A stretch of DNA of 40,745 bases from a virus. A model generated the notes under the pieces. It ran no database searches. It was not told the origin of the DNA and saw only the letters and a list, made by a program, of their open reading frames with translations. Position numbers and translations under genes: made by a program. Positions 34,566 through 40,745 of this stretch are shown one piece after another (position 1 is the stretch's first letter; each line of letters opens with the position of its first letter). Location: the UHGV virus genome UHGV-0435673; one strand, written 5' to 3'.

Positions 34566-35462
34566 ATGATGGAAACACAGGAAAAAGTCAACAGTTTCAT
34601 ACTCTATACGGAACAGTGGCCAGCAATTTCCTTGCTGAATGATGTTCAGCGTTCAACCCTCATGCAAGCGATCTTCGCACTGCATGGTGCATGTCAGATG
34701 CCTGAGCTTGATGACATGACCAAGGCGATTTTTCTTCTCATGAAGCCACGGTTTGAAGAGAACCGGGATCGGTATGCGACGAAGTGTGAAGCAAACCGGG
34801 AAAACGGGAAAAAGGGTGGCCGTCCACGCAAAAACAAAAACCAAACGGTTAATTATGAAAACCCAAAAACCGAACGGTTTTTAGACGAAAACCCAAAAAC
34901 CCTTACTGACTCTTATACTGACTCTGATTCTGATCCTGATTTTAAAACACCCCCACCCCTCACAGAGGGGCAGGGTGGGGGTGAGTCCGCTTTCGCTCAC
35001 GGGGAAGAAAAGCCCACACCTCGGGAACTCGGAACGAACCCACAGGCGCAAGGGACCAATCCCCGGCTCACTGGCGATAACCCCCGCGCTCAGGGAACAA
35101 ACCCCCGGGCGCAGGTCGAAACGTCATACCCGGACATGGCCTTTGTCCAGTTTCTCGATGCCTACGCGCCGGAAAAGAGGGATGAGGGCGCGGCTTGGCA
35201 AGCATGGCTTACGCTCTCACGGGCAAAACAGCTTCCGGGGCTCCCCAAGCTGCTTGATGCTGTCACAGCATGGGAAAACTCTGAGCAATGGCAGAAAGAT
35301 AATGGCCAGTACATCCCTCTGGCATCCAACTTTCTCAGCAAGCGGCGATTTCTCGATACGCCTCCTCAGCGCGCGGCTCCTGCTGACGAGTTTGATCCTG
35401 AGCGCTTTGCCAAGGCCGCTGAGCAATGGAAAAACAGGTACAAAACGACAGAGGGTGCATGA
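34566..35462 (+). CDS. Replisome organizer or replication initiation protein (N-terminal phage replisome-organizer-like domain)
   Basis: N-terminal FILYTEQWPAISLLNDVQRSTLMQAIFALHG. Repetitive linker. Position after cro and the CII-like gene. Confidence 0.5.
   Translation: MMETQEKVNSFILYTEQWPAISLLNDVQRSTLMQAIFALHGACQMPELDDMTKAIFLLMKPRFEENRDRYATKCEANRENGKKGGRPRKNKNQTVNYENPKTERFLDENPKTLTDSYTDSDSDPDFKTPPPLTEGQGGGESAFAHGEEKPTPRELGTNPQAQGTNPRLTGDNPRAQGTNPRAQVETSYPDMAFVQFLDAYAPEKRDEGAAWQAWLTLSRAKQLPGLPKLLDAVTAWENSEQWQKDNGQYIPLASNFLSKRRFLDTPPQRAAPADEFDPERFAKAAEQWKNRYKTTEGA
34828..34945 (+). repeat. Iteron-like direct repeats inside the replication gene (candidate ori)
   Basis: GAAAACCCAAAAACC twice (34857, 34887). 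AAAAACC(A/G)AACGGTT twice. TCTGAT/CCTGAT AT-rich run. Confidence 0.35.
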
Positions 35463-36076
35463 TGAACGGAGATACTTTTTTCGGCATGATGAGAAATATT
35501 TACGCTGTCTTCAACAAGCCTGTCCCTTCAGATTCTTCGCCGTTCGTCATGTCGGTCTGGGAAAGAGTGAATCACGTCCCGGATGAAGCTGTCCCGTACA
35601 TCGTGAACCAGATCGCGGACGAGGAGAGAATGCCTCAAAACGTGGGTCGGGCGATACTCCGGGCATGGGAAAGCTGGCAGACGAACAACCCTGGGCGCAT
35701 GGTGCATATCCACTGCGACGTGTGCGGAGGCGATGGTTTTTTCTGGTGCTGGAAGCAAGACGAGAAGACGGGGAAGTATCAGCACTTTTTGTCTCCCTGC
35801 CCGGCGTGTCGGAAAGCTGACTATCCTCTGCCTTCGATGCGTGAGCTGCGTGAGCGCGGCGTCGTCGTGATGCCTGTCGGCTATGTAGGGGGCCCGGTAC
35901 AGTTTGACCGGGATTCTGAGCTTGGGGCCCTATGGCCTGTAGGGACACCAGAGGGATGCGGAAAGAAATTCATTTCTGCTACGGAAGGGAAAAGGGATAT
36001 GCGCCTTGATCTGCTCCGTCTCCGGGTCATGAGCGAGGCTGAACGGGCTGATGTGGTGGGGGCCCGGTATGCGTAG
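35459..36076 (+). CDS. Zn-finger protein, possible Q-like late antiterminator (speculative)
   Basis: 206 aa. CDVC-24 aa-CPAC is comparable to the CxxC-x22-CxxC of lambda Q (207 aa). Confidence 0.3.
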   Translation: MMNGDTFFGMMRNIYAVFNKPVPSDSSPFVMSVWERVNHVPDEAVPYIVNQIADEERMPQNVGRAILRAWESWQTNNPGRMVHIHCDVCGGDGFFWCWKQDEKTGKYQHFLSPCPACRKADYPLPSMRELRERGVVVMPVGYVGGPVQFDRDSELGALWPVGTPEGCGKKFISATEGKRDMRLDLLRLRVMSEAERADVVGARYA

Positions 36077-36353
36077 AGCTGCGCGCGTGGACGACAACCA
36101 AGGCCAGATCGTGGACGCCCTCCGGCGTGTTGGGTGCTCTGTCTGGTCACTCGCAGGGGTCGGCAAAGGCTTCCCGGATCTCGCTGTGGGGTTCCGGGGC
36201 CGCAATCTCTTTCTTGAAGTCAAAGACGGCTCCAAGCCGCCGTGCAAGCGTAAGCTGACGCCGGATGAGGAAGCCTTTCACGCGTCTTGGCGCGGGCATG
36301 TCGCCGTGGTCGAAAGCGTCGAGGACGCTCTGAAAATTGTGGGGGTAATGTGA
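36051..36353 (+). CDS. VRR-NUC-type small PD-(D/E)XK nuclease
   Basis: GKGFPDLAVGFRGRNLFLEVK motif. Start may be the internal MRRAARVDDNQ. Confidence 0.5.
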   Translation: MWWGPGMRRAARVDDNQGQIVDALRRVGCSVWSLAGVGKGFPDLAVGFRGRNLFLEVKDGSKPPCKRKLTPDEEAFHASWRGHVAVVESVEDALKIVGVM

Positions 36354-36565
36354 TGAGGAAAAAGAAGGAACGGGTCAAAAAACTTGAAGGGTGGGGAGAG
36401 ATATGTGCCTTGGTGGGGTGGTCGCGCCCGACGCTTATCAAGCACGGCTTCCCCGTGTATCAGATTTCGAGGGGAAGCCGCGTTTTTGCGTATGCTGAGG
36501 AACTCAGAAAGCACAAGATCAGTCTTGAGCAGAGGACGATCTGCGATCAAGCTCAGTCTGCATGA
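36353..36565 (+). CDS. Small HTH DNA-binding protein (AlpA/MerR-like)
   Basis: ICALVGWSRPTLIKHGFPVYQISRGSRVFAYAEEL. ATG overlaps the upstream stop. Confidence 0.45.
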   Translation: MRKKKERVKKLEGWGEICALVGWSRPTLIKHGFPVYQISRGSRVFAYAEELRKHKISLEQRTICDQAQSA

Positions 36566-36731
36566 GTTGGATGATCCATTTTGCGATCGTCTTTCCTTCT
36601 CTGGTAGCTTCCTCTTTAGCAGGTATCCATAAACTGTCGGGGATACGGATCGTTCTACTCGGAGCGGCATTTTCCTTTCGCGGCCTTCCTGCTCCCTCGC
36701 GGCGGCCGCCTCGCTTTTTCTTTTCTTCCAT
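36519..36731 (-). CDS. RHH-like small DNA-binding protein with an AT-hook-like N-terminus
   Basis: Strong SD GGGGAGGAG. GGRREGAGRPRK then TIRIPDSLWIPAKEEATREGKTIAKWIIQL (strand-helix-helix pattern). Confidence 0.35.
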   Translation of the reverse strand: MEEKKKRGGRREGAGRPRKENAAPSRTIRIPDSLWIPAKEEATREGKTIAKWIIQLMQTELDRRSSSAQD

Positions 36732-36765
36732 CTCCTCCCCTCTCTTTATTCGTCTTCCTCTTCAT

Positions 36766-36945
36766 CTACCCTAAAAATTCTTCGTCAAGAATTTCAGCGA
36801 TGAGTCCGGTTTCCTGCGTTCTGTTTCCGTTTTCATCGTGCAAGGTAACAGTTGCTTCCATACCCTCTTCAAGATGCTGTTCGGTATCGATGGTTCCCGT
36901 GGTGCCAGTCGTGAGCAGGATAGAATAGCGGGTCATGTCTTACTC
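36766..36945 (-). CDS. 59-aa acidic protein between the GNAT and RHH genes
   Basis: SD AAGGAG 6 nt upstream. MTRYSILLTTGTTGTIDTEQHLEEG... Below the ORF-track size cutoff. Confidence 0.3.
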
Positions 36946-36955
36946 CTTTGTCTGT

Positions 36956-37312
36956 TTAGTGTTCCATTACTACGATTTCGCCAGCTTCGATCACATCAAA
37001 ACCTTCGCTTTCATAAAAGGCCACCAGCCGATCCATATCTGTATCGGCATCCAGAGGTTCAGCTACCAACCGAATTGCCATTCCGGGGTAAGTAGCGCGA
37101 GCGTGAGAGACGGCTTCACGAAGAAGGCGGCGGGCAATGCCGTTTCCGCGATTCTCTGAGGGAACAAAAAGCTTTTCGATGAGCACATATTGCTCTCCGT
37201 CCACTTCATAACCATCTTCATCAAAATCGATTTCTGTTTCGATACGATATGCACAGAAAGCCTTGTCGTTTTCAAGAGTTGTTTCGTTGTTGGCTGTGGT
37301 GATGGTTATCAT
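36956..37312 (-). CDS. Small GNAT-family N-acetyltransferase
   Basis: SD AAGGAGAG. Motif-A-like VPSENRGNGIARRLLREAVSHA. 118 aa. Confidence 0.55.
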   Translation of the reverse strand: MITITTANNETTLENDKAFCAYRIETEIDFDEDGYEVDGEQYVLIEKLFVPSENRGNGIARRLLREAVSHARATYPGMAIRLVAEPLDADTDMDRLVAFYESEGFDVIEAGEIVVMEH

Positions 37313-37465
37313 GAGAACTCTCCTTTTGTCCCTTTCGTTGAAAACACTATGCGCCTTTATTTTGAAAAATGCAATACTTTTTTCAAATATTTTTTTCATC
37401 CCTTTTCAAATCGTTGCAACGCCTTTCAAATCCTTTCATTCTTTACATTTTTTCTCTGGATGTGA

Positions 37466-37497
37466 TACGCTCCCGGCAAAAGTCAGGAGCGTTTTTT
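37466..37497 (+). terminator. Intrinsic terminator immediately upstream of the lysis cassette (tR'-like). Its U-tract abuts the endolysin ATG.
   Basis: ACGCTCC-12 nt loop-GGAGCGT then TTTTTTT-AT-G. The only SD-like GGAG lies in the 3' arm of the stem. Confidence 0.5.
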
Positions 37498-37498
37498 T

Positions 37499-37900
37499 AT
37501 GGGCAATTTCCATTTTTCCACCAGATCCCTCCGCAACCTTTCCGGGGTGCACCCGAATCTGATCGCCGTGGTTGGGCTGGCGCTCTCTCAGAGCGTCGTG
37601 GACTTTACCGTGGTGGAAGGGCTGCGGGATATCGAGACACAGCGTCAGAACGTCTCCAAGGGCGTCTCTCAGACCATGAACTCCCGTCATCTCAAGCAAG
37701 ACGACGGTTTTGGTCATGCCGTGGATCTCTATCCCTACTTTGACGGCTCAGTACAAGTAGAAGCGCCGGAAGAGGCTTTTCGGGGCATCGCTTACGCTAT
37801 GCAGTCCGCCGCCGATACGCTCGGCATCCGCATCACATGGGGCGGCTCTTGGAAGTCTTTCGTCGATATGCCGCACTTTCAGTACGAGGGGGTGAAGTGA
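37499..37900 (+). CDS. Endolysin, M15-family L-alanyl-D-glutamate or D-Ala-D-Ala peptidase type
   Basis: Zn-ligand pattern SRHLKQDDGFGHAVDL...DMPHFQ. About 133 aa. Followed by a holin. Confidence 0.65.
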   Translation: MGNFHFSTRSLRNLSGVHPNLIAVVGLALSQSVVDFTVVEGLRDIETQRQNVSKGVSQTMNSRHLKQDDGFGHAVDLYPYFDGSVQVEAPEEAFRGIAYAMQSAADTLGIRITWGGSWKSFVDMPHFQYEGVK

Positions 37901-38112
37901 TGACCACGACAAAAACCTTTTGGGCGGGGCTTGTAACTGCCCTTGCCGGGCTTCTCAGCATCTTCGGCATCGATGTGTCCGGCGATACGCAAGCCGCTAT
38001 CGTCAACGGCATTTCCGCTATTGCTACGGTGGGGGGTGCGGTTGTCGCCGCCATTTCCGCATGGCGCAATAACCGCAAAAATTCTGATGCCGAAGAAGAA
38101 AAGAAGGCGTGA
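37900..38112 (+). CDS. Holin (two TM segments, charged C-terminus)
   Basis: FWAGLVTALAGLLSIF and AIATVGGAVVAAISAW TMs, tail RNNRKNSDAEEEKKA. ATG overlaps the endolysin stop. Confidence 0.5.
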   Translation: MTTTKTFWAGLVTALAGLLSIFGIDVSGDTQAAIVNGISAIATVGGAVVAAISAWRNNRKNSDAEEEKKA

Positions 38113-38342
38113 GCGTGTCCCGTGTCGTTGAAGCTATCGCTATCATCCTCATGTACGGCTACCGCTGGCTTGAAAGGCTGTCTCCGGATCGGGCTCAGGC
38201 TTTCCGCGATTCTCTGCGTGATGACCCTCTGCGCGTGCTCATGCAGCAAACCGGGGGCAAGCCTGCCGATCCCATCTACGCCTACTCTGACAAGTCAAAA
38301 GATCGTGGTGCTGGACGGGGTGAGGGGGTGGTGGATCGATGA
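38109..38342 (+). CDS. Spanin-region ORF (i-spanin-like?), uncertain
   Basis: Short N-terminal hydrophobic segment AIAIILMYGY. Overlaps a +1-frame lipoprotein-like ORF. Confidence 0.25.
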   Translation: MSVSRVVEAIAIILMYGYRWLERLSPDRAQAFRDSLRDDPLRVLMQQTGGKPADPIYAYSDKSKDRGAGRGEGVVDR

Positions 38343-38403
38343 GCGTGATGCAGCAACGCTGGCGCAGTGGATTTACGATGTGACTGGAGAAGGTGGGCGA
38401 TGA
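38122..38403 (+). CDS. Candidate o-spanin lipoprotein in an overlapping frame
   Basis: LRIGLRLSAILCVMTLCAC-SCSKPGASLPIPSTPTLT: hydrophobic leader, Cys cluster, Pro-rich mature part typical of Rz1-like proteins. Confidence 0.3.
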   Translation: MSLKLSLSSSCTATAGLKGCLRIGLRLSAILCVMTLCACSCSKPGASLPIPSTPTLTSQKIVVLDGVRGWWIDERDAATLAQWIYDVTGEGGR

Positions 38404-38654
38404 GTAATGATATCCAGTTCCTCAACATCATGTTGTCGGTAATTACTGGACTTTTGACCCTCATGGGAACTTCTTTCGGGTGGTGGTTGGCTCGTCTCTC
38501 AAAGAAAATTGATGAGCTCATGCAGCATCGTCAGGGGTGTATCATGCAGTTTGCTGATAGAGTCGGTAATTCTGACGATCACCGTAGGATTTGGGTCAAG
38601 CTTGATGATCAGGAACGGCGGCTAACTACTTTGGAAGCCGTGCGTAAGGTATAA
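38400..38654 (+). CDS. N-terminal TM plus coiled-coil protein (i-spanin or lysis accessory)
   Basis: IQFLNIMLSVITGLLTLMGTSFGWWLA then ARLSKKIDELMQHRQ...RRLTTLEAVRKV. Confidence 0.35.
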   Translation: MSNDIQFLNIMLSVITGLLTLMGTSFGWWLARLSKKIDELMQHRQGCIMQFADRVGNSDDHRRIWVKLDDQERRLTTLEAVRKV

Positions 38655-38876
38655 GAAGTCGAGAGTCACGCGGCGACGTTCCCCCCGGTCGCCTATCGCC
38701 CGCTGCAGCGGGGTACAGGATAAACGGTCGCCTTCGAAAAGGGCTATGCATATCGACGCCGGAGCATAGCCGCCCTTCACGGGGAATCGGGCGGTGTAGC
38801 ATGGCAGGGCCGATATATCGCGTGATGTACTGCAATGAAATTCTCCTTCGGGGGGTCAATTTTTTGGGAGTTGAGC

Positions 38877-39218
38877 ATGGCAAGAGAGGACAAGCTGAAG
38901 CCTGTACGAACCAAGGAAGAAGCAAGAGAGCGAGGTAGAAAAGGCGGCATCGCGTCAGGCATCGCCCGGCGTGAGAAGAAAACTTTTCGGGCCACGCTTG
39001 AACTCCTGCTTGATCGTAAGCTCGACGGCTCACCACTTACCGGGCGCGAGGCCGTTGCCGTTGCTCTTTTCGAGAAAGCTATGTCCGGTGATGTAAAGGC
39101 TTTTCAGGAGCTTAGAGACACCGTTGGTGAGAAGCCCGTGGATAAGCAGGAGCTGTCGGGCCCTGACGGTTCTGCGGTTTCCTCTGAAATCGTTGTCCGC
39201 TTTGTGGAGCCGAAATGA
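38877..39218 (+). CDS. terS: Terminase small subunit
   Basis: RKGGIASGIARREKKT basic motif. ATGA-coupled to terL. Confidence 0.5.
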   Translation: MAREDKLKPVRTKEEARERGRKGGIASGIARREKKTFRATLELLLDRKLDGSPLTGREAVAVALFEKAMSGDVKAFQELRDTVGEKPVDKQELSGPDGSAVSSEIVVRFVEPK

Positions 39219-40474
39219 TCGATGCACCTTTGCCTGTAGCTTTTTCCGAACTCTTCAAGCCACATCGCTATAAAGTCTTTTATGGCGGACGGGGCGGGGC
39301 GAAGAGCCGGAGTTTTGCGCGGGCTTTGCTGCTTATCGGTACTCAGCGGGCAATACGGTGCTTGTGTGCCCGCGAGGTGCAGAACTCTATCCGTGATTCA
39401 GTAAAGCGACTTCTTGATGACGAGATCGGACGGCTTGGGCTTTCCGGCTTCTATCGCTCGACGGACAACGAAATTCGGGGAGTGAACGGCTCTCTTTTTA
39501 TCTTCTCTGGTTTGCGTATGTCTCCTGAACGCTTGAAATCTTTTGAGGGCATTACGCATTGCTGGATCGAAGAAGCTGAGACGGTGAGCGAGCGTAGCCT
39601 TGATCTACTCATCCCGACGATGCGGACGGCGGGATCGGAAATCTGGATGAGCTTCAATCCAGATCGCGTAAATTCCATTGTCTGGCAACGCTTTATCGTG
39701 AAGACCCCGCCACCTGACAGCTTTGTCAGGAAAGTAGGGTGGCGCGACAACCCATGGTTCCCCGATGTGCTGAGGTCAGAGATGGAGCACTGCAAGTCGA
39801 CGGATCCGGACAAGTACGATCACGTGTGGGAAGGGAACCCAGTGCTTGTCGCTGCAGGATCGTACTACGGGCGGCTGCTTCAGAAAGCCGATGAAGATGG
39901 ACGTATCGGGAAGGTTCCCGTTGAACCGAACCTTTTGGTCAACACGGCGTGGGACTTGGGCATGGCGGACTCCACGGCGATATGGTTCTTCCAATTCCTT
40001 CCGGTTGGAAACTTCGGAGAATGGCGCTTTGTCGACTACTACGAGTCCAGCGGAGAAGGGATGGCGCACTATGCTGAAGTGCTGGCGAAGAAAGGCTATC
40101 GCTACGGCGCGCATATTGGGCCGCATGATCTTGCTGTGCGCGAACTCGGGACGGGCAAGAGCCGAATAGAAACCGCGCGAGGAATGGGTATCAACTTTAC
40201 CACGGCCCCACAGCTTCCCGTAGCTGATGGGATTGAAGGCGCACGGCAGGTTATCGGGGCCGCATGGTTCGACCGCGACAAATGCGGGCAGGGCCTCCAA
40301 AGCCTTTGGGCATATCAGCGTGAGTTCGACGAGGTGCGCGGGTGCTTCAAAGAGCATCCGCTGCATGACTGGACAAGCCACGGCGCGGACGCTTTCCGGT
40401 ATGCTGCGGTTGGATACAGAAAGCCGGATACCGGATTCAAGCCGTTGTCCAGAACAAATTTGAGGGTGTGCTGA
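39215..40474 (+). CDS. terL: Terminase large subunit (PBSX/headful type)
   Basis: Walker A YGGRGGAKS. ATPase then nuclease-domain acidic motifs (WIEEAE, SFNPD, WDLGMADSTA). Confidence 0.75.
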   Translation: MIDAPLPVAFSELFKPHRYKVFYGGRGGAKSRSFARALLLIGTQRAIRCLCAREVQNSIRDSVKRLLDDEIGRLGLSGFYRSTDNEIRGVNGSLFIFSGLRMSPERLKSFEGITHCWIEEAETVSERSLDLLIPTMRTAGSEIWMSFNPDRVNSIVWQRFIVKTPPPDSFVRKVGWRDNPWFPDVLRSEMEHCKSTDPDKYDHVWEGNPVLVAAGSYYGRLLQKADEDGRIGKVPVEPNLLVNTAWDLGMADSTAIWFFQFLPVGNFGEWRFVDYYESSGEGMAHYAEVLAKKGYRYGAHIGPHDLAVRELGTGKSRIETARGMGINFTTAPQLPVADGIEGARQVIGAAWFDRDKCGQGLQSLWAYQREFDEVRGCFKEHPLHDWTSHGADAFRYAAVGYRKPDTGFKPLSRTNLRVC

Positions 40475-40745
40475 TGTCATATTCCAAAGGGATGAAAGAG
40501 CGCATCCGGGCAATCGTATCGCGTGAGTCGAAACATTGCATCGGAATTGATGGCGGGGAACTATCCCGCGCTCGTACCGATCTGAAAGAGGCATATCTCG
40601 GGTATGGCTATGGAGTAGACAAAGAACGCGCCGGGCGTGGCCTCTCTACATACGTAGACAGGACGATGATGGAGACGATCGAGTGGGCGAAGCCTGGACT
40701 TTTTAGGGTCTTCGGTAACGAAGAGATCGTACGGTTCGACCCAAG
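40474..40745 (+). CDS. Portal protein, N-terminal 90 codons. The ORF is open at the window end.
   Basis: ATG overlaps the terL stop. The frame is continuous with nt 2 onward of the window (…VRFDP-R-SPEEEQ…). Confidence 0.5.
   Translation, partial: MSYSKGMKERIRAIVSRESKHCIGIDGGELSRARTDLKEAYLGYGYGVDKERAGRGLSTYVDRTMMETIEWAKPGLFRVFGNEEIVRFDP

Noticed and set aside
34975-35586. ORF 34975..35586 (+, 203 aa) as an independent gene
   Set aside because: Out-of-frame overlap with the replisome-organizer gene. Its length comes from the repetitive, stop-poor region. The primary frame has the recognisable N-terminal domain.
1-40745. Integrated prophage with attL/attR at the window ends
   Set aside because: int and candidate attP are internal. 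Both window ends lie inside a single portal gene with a continuous frame. No host-like housekeeping genes or tRNA appear at the edges.
1-40745. CRISPR arrays or IS/transposon ends
   Set aside because: No regularly spaced short direct repeats with unique spacers. No transposase-like ORFs or terminal inverted repeats. The only regular repeats are the attP arm motifs and the ori iterons, already described.

Overview
The window reads as an essentially complete temperate phage genome of about 40.7 kb from a GC-rich host. Its layout resembles P22 and other lambdoid phages. A frame-compatible portal ORF is split across the two window ends (40474..40745 and 1..1795), which suggests a circular or circularly permuted contig. 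The modules are read from ORF translations only and should be treated as approximate. (1) 1-14.4 kb: portal, scaffold, capsid and virion or ejection proteins. (2) 14.8-21.8 kb: Rha-type antirepressor, an AT-rich lipoprotein/secreted-protein moron, and a tail fibre plus assembly chaperone cassette flanked by paralogous AlpA-like HTH genes. Small conversion-type genes follow. (3) 21.8-23.4 kb: candidate attP with repeated arm-type motifs, tyrosine integrase and excisionase. (4) 23.4-30.4 kb: leftward early operon with two Lar-like restriction-alleviation genes, Cys-rich paralogues, a DUF2303-like protein, RecT and a PD-(D/E)XK exonuclease. (5) 30.4-33.2 kb: immunity region. Sequence-identical operator motifs sit at OL and OR. 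They frame an AT-rich two-gene moron in the lambda rexAB position: a Clp-fold S49/SDH-like serine protease and a 66-aa protein. This moron is my top candidate for an undescribed exclusion or defence module. (6) 33.4-37.3 kb: rightward early operon with a replisome organizer carrying internal iteron-like repeats, a Zn-finger Q-like candidate, a VRR-NUC protein, and an opposite-strand GNAT/59-aa/RHH cassette. (7) 37.4-40.7 kb: a terminator-gated lysis cassette followed by small and large terminase genes. I saw no tRNA, rRNA, CRISPR or IS element. Many long opposite-strand ORFs in the track are high-GC artefacts.
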